64,000 bases of DNA from Paraspadella gotoi (Eukaryota > Animalia > Chaetognatha). The position numbers were made by a program, and so were the translations under genes. The notes beneath the pieces are model-generated. The model had not been told where the DNA came from and did no database searches. It saw nothing but the letters and a program-made list of their open reading frames with translations. Each line of letters opens with the position of its first letter. Within the stretch, counting starts at the first letter, position 1. The stretch covers positions 19,541,657 to 19,605,656 of the forward strand of contig CM119266.1 of the NCBI GenBank assembly GCA_051294375.1. Reading direction: 5' to 3'. Shown here piece after piece: positions 13,288 to 25,434 of the stretch.

Positions 13288-13917
13288 TAGAGTGGAGCAC
13301 TCAAGAACAAAAAATTTATTTGAATGATCGAACAATGATATTTAGATGTGAGATAGTATGATTAACTAGTACAAAAAATATTTTGTTCAGATTATCTCGG
13401 GAACAGAATAGTAAAATATAATATATTTGTAGTAATATCCTTATAAATAGTAAATTTTAAAAATAATTTTTTTAAAACTTTTATTAAAGATTCAGATTCT
13501 TCATAAAAAGTTGAATCAAAAATATAAAACATGTTATCAAAAATTCTGTCATCTTCAATGTTTAAAATAAGAAAAAAGGTGAAAATTCCTGACTTTTTTA
13601 TTCTCTGTAGTAGAAAACTTATATATGTTAAAACGTTTTAGTCATTTTTTGTGATCTAAACATTAAAATATCATATAACATATTTTATAAAAGTTTCTTA
13701 TTTTTTTACAGCGAATCCAAATCCGTACTTAAAAATATAAAAAAATTATTTTGAAATTTGACGATTTTATAAGGATATTACTACATAAATAATTGAATTT
13801 GCTTATACTGTTATGCTAAAAAAAATTTTTAAAAGGATTTAAAATTCATTAATTATATGTCCATAGGCAGCAAAAAAATAATGTTCAATCACTCAATTTT
13901 TTCATCACTCCACCCTA
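13288..13917. mobile_element. Non-autonomous hAT-superfamily MITE, copy 2 (630 bp), nested in a copy of dispersed repeat R1
   Basis: TIRs tagagtggag / ctccacccta. 8-bp TSD ttatccat at 13280-13287 and 13918-13925. Reverse complement of 2946-3579. Confidence 0.92.
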
Positions 13918-14818
13918 TTATCCATTATTTAATAAATAAGCTATCTTGCCCCTGACTTTGGACAAACAACTACAACAAACAACAACAGGCAAGTTCTAGG
14001 TGTTGCGCGGCAGTGAGTTTCTTGTAAGTTGTAACGAGTAATGGACGCATTTCCCGTTGATTAAAAGATTACACTAGTATGATGAAACCATCTGCATTAC
14101 AAGCACAATACTGTTTATTATTTATCTGTGAAGGATTAAGTAAATTAACCACTTTTGATACAAAATAAGCAGTATTTATTTTCTAATCACCTTCCCGCAT
14201 TGTTACACGTTCACGTGACTACTCGAGTAAGAAACGTGTGCATAAAGATCATATAATGATACCTCACCTTTCTGCTTAGTATTAATTACAATGATTTAGT
14301 AATAACTTTTTAGTCATGTGATCATATTTTCCGGGGTATTTACATGACTGCATAATTATGAAACATGAGTTAATGATACATCTCATGTCGTGCGCTGCGA
14401 GTACTCGCTGTTCACTACAAAGTCTTAATAAATGTAAACAAAATAAGTAAATCCCAAACAAGAAGATATTCCCGCCACGATCGAAATTTGCTTCTTAGAA
14501 TGACCGTTATTAGAGATGTAAATTGGGAGATATAAATCTTTCGCTTAACTCTAAAGCTGAACTTTGGACAGCGTTTATGTAATTTCACATATTACATTCA
14601 AGTCCATTGTCCAATTCCTTTGATAACGCCCTAGGAATAACCATTTTTCGTGTGCGTAAATGAATTAGCGATCCTGCAAGTGTAAATATTTTGGATCGAG
14701 ACTTCTTTTCCCGTTGATTAGATTAAAATTGAAGATAAAACCTCTTGTAATTTGACAAAGTTTCGTAATTTCTTGGCCTAATTTTTCCGCCGTGAAATTT
14801 CCCAACTTCACTCCAACT

Positions 14819-17800
14819 ATGTACTTTTCTGATTCAGGTAAAATAAGTAAAAAATATGTAATTGTATTTCTTTCTAAATATATCTTTATTTAGAGTTACT
14901 TTTCGGAAACATTACAAACGGATCAACGTCATCTCCGACTGAAGAAGTTTACAATCCTATAGACAAACTCTTTCATGCGGTTTTCCAAGTATGATTTTTA
15001 AAGCAAAAAAAAATTACTTGTTCAAATATAATGACTTAGCGTCTCGATATATTTCTTGTCAGTGTTTTTTATTGATTTTCTTTGGCTACATCGCCGGACG
15101 AGCCTCACTGTTAAGCGATGCTGGCGCCAAAGGCCTCAATCACTACGTGGGTACTTTTGCACTTCCGGCTTTGCTTTTCAAGGTGAGGAGTGAAAATAAA
15201 AGGAATCTCATTAAGTGCCTTGGCAAATGAAATATAATAAAAATAAGTGATAAAAGGTTAAAAAAATTCATTGAAGAAAAAGGAAAACTTCAAATAGGTT
15301 CTAAAAAAAAAACTTTTTTAGTAATAGTAATTTTATAATTATTAATTCAGATTAAATGAAATTATGGTGACATAATTTTTTTTTTTTAGTCGATGGCAAC
15401 CCTGGATCTGAAAGAATTGAACTGGTCCTTTCTCGGTATCGTCTTCATGAGCAAATCCATCGTATTTGTTGCTGTGGTTATTGTTGTGGGCGTTCTCTTT
15501 TACAATCGAGACAACGGCGTTGGATGCAGCGAAAATCTCGGCGTTCCTTTAGGCATTTGCGGCCTCGCAGCAATCTTCGCCACTCAAAGCAATGACTTCG
15601 CTTTTGGGCTTCCCATCATCCAAGTTATTTATTCCGTAAGGTTATATAGGTTTAGAATTTCATCATTTGTGATGCAATCAGTGAAAGAGTAATAGCACTT
15701 TAAACTGGTTTAAAGTTTTTGTAATGCCTGTGGAGCTGGGCAACTCTCTTTCGTTTCGCCAACTCGGGGGACACCGCCGGGAGTGAACATGGCTTAAATA
15801 ATGGGAGTGAATAAACAAGACTGTGAGAGAGTCTTGATTGAAAGCTTGCAGGGACCTGCTATGTCATTATCTTGTAAGAGTGATGGAGGCCTTAAACCAC
15901 CAAAGCCTGTCCAAAGTCAGGGGCAAGATAGCTTTTTTATTAAATGAATGGATAATTTTTATATTGGTTGTACCAATTTCATAATACTATTATTAATAGT
16001 GCGTTAGCCCGCTAAGCCATTGAGACCTAATCGAATGTTCTCATCTCTCTCTCCTCTTTACAGGAGATGCATCCAAATTATGCTTCATATCTTTATATCG
16101 TGGCGCCAGTTTCTCTATGTGTACTGAACCCATTGGGAATCGTCATGTTAGAAATGCAACGACGAAAACGAGACTGGAACGGCGATGGTTAGTGTACACA
16201 GTACAGTCACACAGCACAAGCACACTGGGAGCAAAAAAAAGTTTCGTTGTGGAAACAAAGAAAACTTTTTCATCTGAAATTTCAAGCCAACTANNNNNNN
16301 NNNAAGAAAACTTTTTCATTTGAAATTTCAAGCCAACTAAAATGAAAAGAAAATCCTTTAAAAATAAAAAAAAGTATCTTGACTTTTTATAATAAAAATT
16401 TATTATGGTTATAAACATTTTCTTATTTTTAAATAAATTGAATAATATAAGATTTTCATCATTTTATCATTTTAATCCTATAAATCGCAGTAGTTATGTT
16501 AATAAATTATTAATATGGATTAAAAAGTGATGATTGTTGTAATCAATCGTAACCTACTAACCCTATAACTTCATGAAATTATAAATGAAGGAACTTCCTT
16601 GGCCGGAGTTGTGTGGAGAATTCTGCGTGGAGCCTTCGGGAACCCCATCGTCTTCGTTACTTTAATCGGACTGGTAGTCAATCTCATTCAGCTTGGTGTC
16701 GGTAAATACGTCACCATTTTCGACGACATCTTTAAGATGTTGGCAGACTCATTTGGAGCAACGGCGCTCTTCTCTCTTGGATTCAATATGGTGGGAAAAA
16801 TCAGAAAGTCTTTTTCTTTCGGTATGCTCTTTCTTCCTTGCATCATGATCATCGCTAAACTCATAATAATGCCGCTCGTTATAGAGGCAAGTAAAATGCT
16901 GATCACATTCTCTGTCTCTCTCTCTCTCTCTCTCTTCGTAAAAGAAAGACTTGTGTTATTCGTTAATTTTTAGCAAACGACGAACTTGTTCAGCCCGAAC
17001 GACACTGACCTGGCGACATTTGGTTTCCTCTATGGGACTTTTCCAACGGCTCCGACTGTCTTTATCATCGCCAGTCAGTATGGAGTCGAAGTGGACCAGA
17101 TGGCAGTCGGTATGGTTTTCTGTACTTTCCTCGCAGCGCCGCTAATGTCTTTTACAGCGATGTTGTTGGATCTAAAATGCCGTACCAGCGCCTGCGGAAT
17201 AAACGGTATGATTTCGCAAAGATCGAGAGTGAAAGTTCGATGGACGATTAAACTTGTCGGATTTTAAAAGATGAGAAACTTGGCCTTTTAGATTCTCTGG
17301 CCAAAGCGGGTGAAGTTTTGGCCTCGATTTCCATGGTTTTCTGCGTGTGGACTCTGGCCAGGTTTTTCTACAAGCGGCGCTGGATTTCGCCCTCTCATGT
17401 AATAACTATGATGCTTTGCGTCTCCATCGTTATTACGTCGGTCGCCGTCATCGTGGAGCGTCACGTGGACCAAGATGATGACATTGGCCTCGTGGTAAGT
17501 TAGGAATTTAAGAACTGAAAAACTAATAATTTTTATAAGAATAATAAAATTAATTCTGAGCCTATTAATATCATTCGTCATATATATATTAGAGTAATTT
17601 TTAGATAACTCTTGATATGCTTTTGTGCAATGTGCATATTTTTGTGCAGTCACGCGATAATGAGGTATGATCTAACGCTTGTGCATATGTTTAATTCAAT
17701 TCGTGAGAAGTCACGCGACCACGTCTTATTCTCAGGCCCAGTTTTCGGTAATGTTCGGTAGCGTGGTGATGACGCGAATGTTGGCGGCCTTGTTGGGCGT

Positions 17801-18903
17801 GGTAATCGCCATCGTCAACATCGTCTCCATGAAGAGTTTGAAGCGCATCATCGTCGTCTCCATCATTGGCGCCTTGGGGTTCGCCATTGCACTCGCAGCC
17901 CTCGTTGTCGTTCTTGGTGAAAAAAGAGAGAAGGCAGACTCGAGCAGTAGAGCTGGAGACACTTTGGTCTTTCAGTTCGGATTGGCTCAGGCAGTGGGTT
18001 CGCTTTTCTTTCTTTTGGTTGCCTTGGTCGCTCTACTTGTCGCTGCTGTCTTCATTTTCCGAAATCATTTCACCTACGATGGCGAATCGCAAACACCGAC
18101 GGTTGCTGTACCGACTGGGACTAATCAAACGCCGATAACATTGCAGAAAGAAGAAAATCACGAACTTGTTTCTCCAGGTGATCGAGGTCTCGAGTCATAC
18201 TGAATACTGAATACTGAATTCATACTAATTATCATATCCTAATTTATAATAATTCTCAGCAGCGCCTAAAGTGAGTCGTCGTGGAGTCCGTTCCTCGAAC
18301 TTCGTCTGCGTCTCCGATGTCTGCATCTCCTTGGAGATCAAACGGCACCTGGGCCTCCTTTTCGTGATGCTCATTTCGATGTTAGTGGGACTCTTTCTAT
18401 GCATCTGGAGAACGCACATCTATTTGAGTTCCAGTGATCAGATGCTAAAAAGGTGAGTTTTAAAAGAAGCAGCGGATGTTTTATATTTTTATTGAGAAAA
18501 TTAGCTCAGAACTTCCATCCTTGAAACATTGCTCAATAAAATTGGCGGGAATTTACTAATTCTTTATTCGTTTGAGATTTTAATAGAACTTGGTCTTCTG
18601 TCGCCATACTGATGTCAATAATGTCCATTGCCCCAATTCCCACTGCCCATTTTAAGCCCAAATTTATTTGATTTCAGTTTTACGCCGGATTTCTATGTCG
18701 TGGAATTCGTTGACTACGTATTTTCTTTGGCGCTCGGATTCTTCGTATTTCTTTTCTTCGGCTTCGACGAACTCGTCTCTGCTGCGGCTTTTCTAGTCCG
18801 CAAAGTCAGGGAAATTGTAGGACGTCAATTCTCGTACAATCTGACCAGATCGAGCGCCGAATCTGTCTCCGTAATCGAAGTCAATGTTCCCCCAAATATG
18901 TAA
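14819..18903 (+). CDS. GPR155: GPR155/LYCHOS-like integral membrane protein (PIN/auxin-efflux-like transporter domain plus GPCR-like domain). Exons: 14819-14837, 14894-14988, 15063-15182, 15390-15635, 16064-16187, 16591-16886, 16974-17205, 17292-17494, 17736-18177, 18260-18452, 18678-18903 (2196 nt, 731 aa)
   Basis: Motifs collinear with human GPR155: CFLLIFFGYIAGRA..AKGL..FALPALLFK, IFATQSNDFAFGLPI, YLYIVAPVSLCVLNPLG, NPIVFVTLIG, SFGATALFSLGFNMVGKI, AKLIIMPL, FLYGTFPTAP, GMVFCTFLAAPLM, RHLGLLF..LFLCIW and GFFVFLFFGFD. Exon phases are all consistent. The start exon and the 3' end are less certain. Confidence 0.92.
15803..15984 (+). repeat. Dispersed repeat family R1 (~200-250 bp), reference copy in a GPR155 intron
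   Basis: Shared sequence gggagtgaataaac...gtcttgattgaaagcttgc...gcctgtccaaagtcaggggcaagatagct...tggttgtaccaatttcataa. Other full or partial copies lie at about 8060-8205, 8231-8314, 8374-8458, 10018-10062, 13260-13965, 26380-26482, 33828-33897, 35510-35585, 35995-36060, 37673-37742, 52835-53050, 59340-59501 and 61938-62195. Class not determined. Confidence 0.85.
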
Positions 18904-19511
18904 GTTAAACAGAAAAGGGACAGAAAAGCGAGTACTCGCGACGCAACTAAACAGCCTCTTGTCTTGAGCTTATGGAGCATCCGAAACGTTGGATTCTTAT
19001 TCGCATAATTTTCTTTTGTGAATCGCTTGCCGTTGACTTTTGTTTTGTTTTTTTTTTTCAAAAGAGTGCGCGATTAGGAAGGTTGATTGATGTGGACTCG
19101 TATCTAGAACAATCGACTATCGTAATATATAATATAATCTTTAATTTATATCTTTCTGACCTACCGTAATATAAAATGGTTTATGATTTTTTAATCGTTA
19201 GCTGGATAAATTCTCAAATTTATCTTCACCAAAATGTTTTTTGAGCAATTATTAAAGCTAAAAACCCTCCCCCATTTGAACTGCGCATTACTACGATGTG
19301 AATAAAAAAGCAAAAACGTAAGAAGATACCATAAAAAAGTGGTATTTTTCTTTCATGGTTTCAGGGTATTTTTTTTTAAATATGCAGCTGTTTAATTATG
19401 AACGTCAAAATAATAATATATAGAATTCATTTCTTATATTCATTCCATTCACACAAAATTTCAAGGCAAAATATTAATTCTCTAACATAGCTGTTAGCCT
19501 ATGCTCAATTT

Positions 19512-19648
19512 CGACCATATTTTACAAAGGCGCCCCAGTTTAGCTGTAATTTAGAATTTAAAAAAAGGTTAGGGTTTAGGGATTAAAGTTAGGCTAGGGA
19601 TTTAGGTCAGGGGTAAGTTAAAAGATTTTGTTTCGGAAAATAGTACCC
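19512..19648 (-). mobile_element. MITE-like element R2 copy, reverse orientation
   Basis: atattttacaaaggcgccccagtt ... ggttagggtttagggattaaagttagg ... tttcggaaaatagtacc. Confidence 0.5.
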
Positions 19649-20250
19649 CTAAAAGCGAGAGAGAGAGAGTGAGAGAGAGAGATTTCTTTATGAAAACTGA
19701 TCCTTGCCGTTAATCCCTCATAACCGGGGTCCTAATCGGGCGCTTATCGGATATTTCATGTTGTCCAAAGGGATCCGTTCTATTTGTGAAAGTTTTTAAT
19801 GTGGAAAGGGTAGATGATCATCGTTTGACGTAATGATGTGGGGGAAACTTTGTTAAAATATTTAGTTCGAGACTGTCAGAGCAGCGAATGATTGGCACAG
19901 AAGGCTTTAAAAACAAAATATCGACTCGAGATAAAACGAACTTGGCAGCTAGTTAAATGTGAATTCTCAAGTTTAGTAGATGCTACCATATTAGCATATC
20001 AACGAGGTACAACCAATTACTATTATAACTAAATTTTTTCCCTGGGACTTTCTTGAAAAGAGGTGTCGCTCTATCAGCCCTCCATAAAAGGTAAGGAGTG
20101 TTGTTCTACTCAGAAACAACAACAGGTGGCCCTCGTAGAGTTGTCAAATGGGTCACCCCGCTCGGCAGCTAAACAAGGGCCTCCTTCACCTTAGGCCATA
20201 TGGCACCGCGGCGACATTCGACTGACCGCGATAAAGAAAACACAGTCACC

Positions 20251-20298
<48 letters not shown>

Positions 20299-22184
20299 CT
20301 CATTTTCCTTCGGATGTTGTTTACTTAGTAGAAAGGGAAAAAAAAACATCGGTCCTTACCTGTGTACTCGACGAATCTCACGTTTTTATTCGTGTGAAAA
20401 CGCAAACTGCAATTATTGTGAAATCTGTTCTCACAGAATCTTATACGACTATTTAATATGTATGCTAAACAATGATATATAATTAAATTGTACTTTACAA
20501 AAGATAAAACGTTTTCTTTCACCTTTCTCTTCAGAAAGAGATCAAGATATTTTATGCCGCAAGAAGTGCAACAAGTACAACCAAGTACCTTCATCCATAA
20601 GTCGGGAGTTGTGCGATTATATTTAGATATCTCCCTCCAAAAACTGTCTTATCTGAAAAAATGTATTTTGAGAAAACTAAATGAGTAAATCTCTTCGTCG
20701 CTCCTCCATTTTACCGTAAGTCTCTCGATTTGAGGTGGTCGAGATAAAATTGGAAAATAAAATAACCCCCATCCCAATAATATATAATTGATATTAGATT
20801 TAAATATTTAAACATATGGATAATAAAAAATAGAAATAGAAATATCCAAAAAATGAATGAGAACATGCATATAAATATTTTAAAAGCTAAAAAAATGTAT
20901 ATAGTGAAACAAGTAACTTTGCAATTTTCTTAAGATGAATCGATTTATTGAAATAAGAAAAGCGAATGGAATCAAATACTCAGGATCTCCATTGTTCGCA
21001 TTAGTTTGCTCGGTAGCGCGCGAGCACTCTTCCCGTCCGCTATCGAGGCTGGCGAAGAGAAAGCGATGGTGGCTGTCGTATAACTAACTATAAGACAGGC
21101 AGACCACAAATGAGAAAAACGACAGACTTTATGACAACAACTAAGAAGAAAACTTTTCCTCGGGCTTAAGAAGAAGCCATTTTTCGCTCGGTAATCGACT
21201 ATTACCCATATCTAAGCCGGGGATTCAATGGCGCCATGAGACTCCCTCAGCCTCCCGCAGGTAAGTTAATGCCTTCCGCATCCCTAGGGTGAGTAGACGA
21301 CTCCGCTTCCCTCGGGTAAGGCGACGAGTTCACGGAACCAACATTTTTTTTTTCCGAGAGAAGAAATTCATTAGTCGGTGCCGCCTCGCCTTTGTCGCAC
21401 TAGAGCGGAGGGGGAGATGGAAAGAGAGAGTGAGCGAGCATTTAAAAGGGAGTGTTGCAACCAAGGATGGAAAGATAGAGAGAGATTAAAGAAAGGAGAG
21501 TGCGGGACGTGACGGGGAACGAGAGAATCGAAGAACGCGTTGGGTATTTCGAAAAAAATTCAGTCATCGGATGCTTCGAAACGATTGAGAAAAAAAATGA
21601 TCACTGATTTTGGAGTTTTGAGAATCATGTACGTTTTGTGATGTACATAGTCAAATTCGACAGTGTGGCGGAGACGAGCTGAACCAAATCTAAAGATGAT
21701 TATCTACGAGTTTTATTAAATTCCAATCGTAAGAAGATATATTTTTTAAAAAACAAATTAGTTACTTGAATTTTTCTTTTTTTTTAGTAAAAAATTCAGT
21801 TTTCATAAGAATTTTGAGGGGTATCTTAATTATTGTTATTTTGTTTCACAATAATTTGTAAAATAATGTAATTAAATTCTAAAATTCGAGAAGAACTTGA
21901 TTGAGAAAAAAATTTGTGTTGACATTTTTTCTAAAGTTTTCATTCAATTAACGACTGATATTTATGATTGTTTATTAACCTTACATCGCTTTCGCATATA
22001 AGAGTGAGTTTTCATTCTTATTCATGCAAGGAAGGCACACTTGCGTGTACCATACCGGCGAGTGCGCGCGTTTTGCCGCTCGATCGCGACTCGGGGCCGG
22101 AAATCCCTTGAGGCCAGACTCGACGCCGGGACGCGATTCAAACTTTTTTTCCCTTCGTGAATAAATGAGGAGGAAAGGAGGAAA

Positions 22185-22860
22185 ATACAGGATGGAACAG
22201 GATGGAACAGATAAGCGAACACAGGAAAAAGAAGGCGAGTGGATGGAAAAAGAAGGCGAGTGGGTGGAAAACAAAGACAAGTGCGTGAAAAAAGGAGACG
22301 AGCAGATGGAAAAGGAAGACGAGTGAATGGAAAAGGAAGATGAATGAATGGAAAATGAAGATTAGCGGGTGGAAAACAAAGACGATCGTGGGGATAAAGG
22401 AGATAAGCCGATGGAAAACAAAAACGTGTGAAAAAAACGAGACAAGTGGATGGAAAAAGAAAATGAGCTTATGGAATAAGAAGACGACCGGATAGAAAAA
22501 AAGACGAGAGGATGGAAAAAGAAAATGCGTGAAAGGAAAAAGCTGAGCGTGTGGAAAAATACCAATGGGTGGAAAAAGAAAACAAGTGGGTGGAAAAGGA
22601 AGGAAAGTGGATGAATAAAAAGGAGCAGGTAGAAGAAAATGGAGAAGAGCGGGTGAAAAAAAAACCAGTGGATGGTAAAAGAAAAAGAGTGGTTGAAAAA
22701 GGAAGATGATCGTGAGGAAAAAGGCAACCTGGTCGAAAAAGAAAACAAGCAGGAGGAAAAGGAAGACAAGCGGTTGGAAAAAGAAGTTGAGCAGATGGGG
22801 GAAAAATAAGGAAATGAACAGAAAACAGATAAGCGAAAAAGCGGGTAGGGAAAGGCGAGA
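22185..22860. repeat. Degenerate purine-rich minisatellite (~21-bp unit)
   Basis: Recurrent gagtggatggaaaaagaagac variants. Confidence 0.75.
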
Positions 22861-23664
22861 CGATTCAAGATAAGGAAATGTTATAATTATTGAACAATTA
22901 CATTAAACAATGACACCATTAATTTGAATAATTTTTGCCATTAGAAAGTTGATACATAATTCTCTAATTACGCGTTACTGTAAATCATTACATGATGCTA
23001 ATGCATTTATTAATTCTAAGGATTTAACTCGGTACTAGGTGGTCCACTCAACTAATTTTAATTAGATAATCAATCCAGTAAAGTATCCAATCAAATTATC
23101 AATCAATCAATCAAGTATTCAATGAAGTAATTAATTTTTTTTATAATCATAATATTTTGGTTAAATTTTCCCAAAAGATATCGATCATTTAATTAACTAC
23201 CATTTCTATTGTATTTGACATAAAACTTCATAGGCCGAAATAAATGATATAAGTAAGTAGTCAAAAAGAAACAGTTTATAAAAATATTAAGCCACTTTAT
23301 TGATAGGGAAGCGAGGTACCGACGTCCAGCATTCTAAACCAGTTATGGTGCCTGTCGGTCTGTATGTCTGTATGTTGTTCATTTGTTAAGACAGAAAAAA
23401 ACCTTAATTCTAAGGGACTGCTATCGTCATGTCATGTAATATGCGATCAAAATAAAGTCACTGCGGCGCAACACATTGGAATTGTTTATTCCTTCATTAT
23501 TCCTTAATTCTTTGAGCCTTTCTCTTCTTGCCATTCTCTATCGATTTCCGACAACATTTACGTTGCCAATACCATTACCACTACTACTACCACCATTACC
23601 ACTACTATTCCTTGAAAAATCATCTTGTGTGCTTGAGCTCTCTTAACCGAGAATGTTCCTTTCA

Positions 23665-23925
23665 GCACTATTTTCCAAATACGCCCCATTTAGATTCTTA
23701 TTCTTAAAAATTTTATCCCTAACCTTAACCCTAATCCCTAACTTTAATTGACAATACCTAACTTTAAACTTATTTTTTAACAATAAACCCTAATCACTAA
23801 CTAAAACTCTAATCAAATCCCTAATCTTATTCCCTGTCCCAAACTTGCAACCCAATTATTGAACCTAAAAAATAAACTTAATTCTGAATTTAAGTTGAAA
23901 TGAGGCGCTTTCGGAAAAAAGGGCC
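23665..23925 (+). mobile_element. MITE-like element R2 with ~25-bp imperfect TIRs and a degenerate CCCTAA-rich core
   Basis: Left end tattttccaaatacgccccattt, right end aaatgaggcgctttcggaaaaaagggcc, interior ccctaaccttaaccctaatcccta. The same layout recurs at 46311-46852, 55780-55971, 19512-19648 (reverse) and about 32410-32871. Confidence 0.65.
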
Positions 23926-25403
23926 GTTTTTTCTCTTATTTCCTACTAAAAGCGGAAAAAGTAAAATGGAGAACAAACTGCGGTTAAAGTCAATCAAGAT
24001 CCCGGAAACCAACATTCCCCAATTTTCTCTGCCTCCCTTTTTCCTTTTTTTTTTCCGCTGATTTTCTTTCCTCCCCCCCCCCGCGTTTTTCTTCCGCTTT
24101 CCCTTTTCTTTTTCCGCCATGACGCACCTGGAGTAAGAAAAGAGAAAGTACAAATAAAAAGAAAAATAAAGGGGGGAAAAAAAAGAGGAAAACAAAAGGA
24201 AAACAAAAAGGGGAATTCGGTTCTGATTTCGAATGCATCCCGGGAGTGACTTTGGGCTTGATGCGCTAGGCTATTACCAAGGAGACAATTACCGAGTTTA
24301 ACTGCTTAATTGCGTCGTTGTGTCGTCGTCGGCGGCGGGGGCGGCGGCGGCGGCGGTGGCGTCCGTGGAGGTGAAATCGGGGGAAGCTGCGGTCGGGAAT
24401 ACGAGGAGGCGGGAAAATCGGTGTCGGTGGCGCCAGACTTTGGAGGTGAGGAAATTGAGGGTGAGGATTTTGAGAATATCCGACGGATGGCGTTAAATGT
24501 GCATATTTCTCAGAAATGTGTAGCATTTATATTTTAATTATCTTTGTTATTATTAATATTAGTAGCATACTTTGATTGCCAGTTTTCAAATAAATTGGAT
24601 CTATTAAATAACTTACCGTATTATTTTTGTTTAAGATTAAAAAGTTTAATATTTCATCTTAGATTAAACCGCTGAACTTGAAGGGTAAAATCTCGATCGG
24701 TAACATAACTATTTTTAAGAATCATGACAAGACTCGGGGTCTTTTCACCTTAGTCAGCGAAGTTGGAGGAAGATTCACGATTTATCAAGTTTTATTGATT
24801 GTGTCGAAGTAGGAAATATTGATTGTCAATGCAGAAGGAAGAGCAGAAATGAGAGAGAGAGTGGGACAGAGAGAGAGTCGATAGCAAAGAAGAAAGAGGA
24901 GGAACTTAAATAAATTAGTCAGGAAGAAATAAAAAAAATGTTTAAGTAAAAAAGGAAAAAGGTTTCGTTATCGGAAAGACAGAGACAGAGAGGGAGACAA
25001 AGAGAGAGGGTGGGGGGCAAGGAAGAGAGATCGACAAGAAAGAGGAAAAAAACATCGTTACTAATCGAATTAAGACAATGGGCTTTTCGAGCCACTGAGA
25101 ACTAGGACTGAATGACCACGAAGGCTCAGTCCCGACAACCGAGCCGAATGTCGACGAAGTTGGTGACAGCGTGTCTTAAAAGCGACGCTGGTTTTGCAAG
25201 AAAAGTTTCATCGAAATATCTCTAATATCTCTATCATCTTTCCCCTACCGACAACGACGACAGCAAGCAGATAAATTGATTAACCGACGCGACATTTTAA
25301 CCATAACCTCATTATGAAACCGAATGAACGAAATAAAACGATATGGTGTGACGAGGATCCATCCTTGTCAGAGAGAGAGAATGAGAGAGGTAGAGAGGCA
25401 GAA

Positions 25404-25434
<31 letters not shown>

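Noticed and set aside
16258-16339. 36-bp direct repeat in a GPR155 intron
   Set aside because: It flanks a 10-N gap (16294-16303) and is a likely scaffolding overlap.
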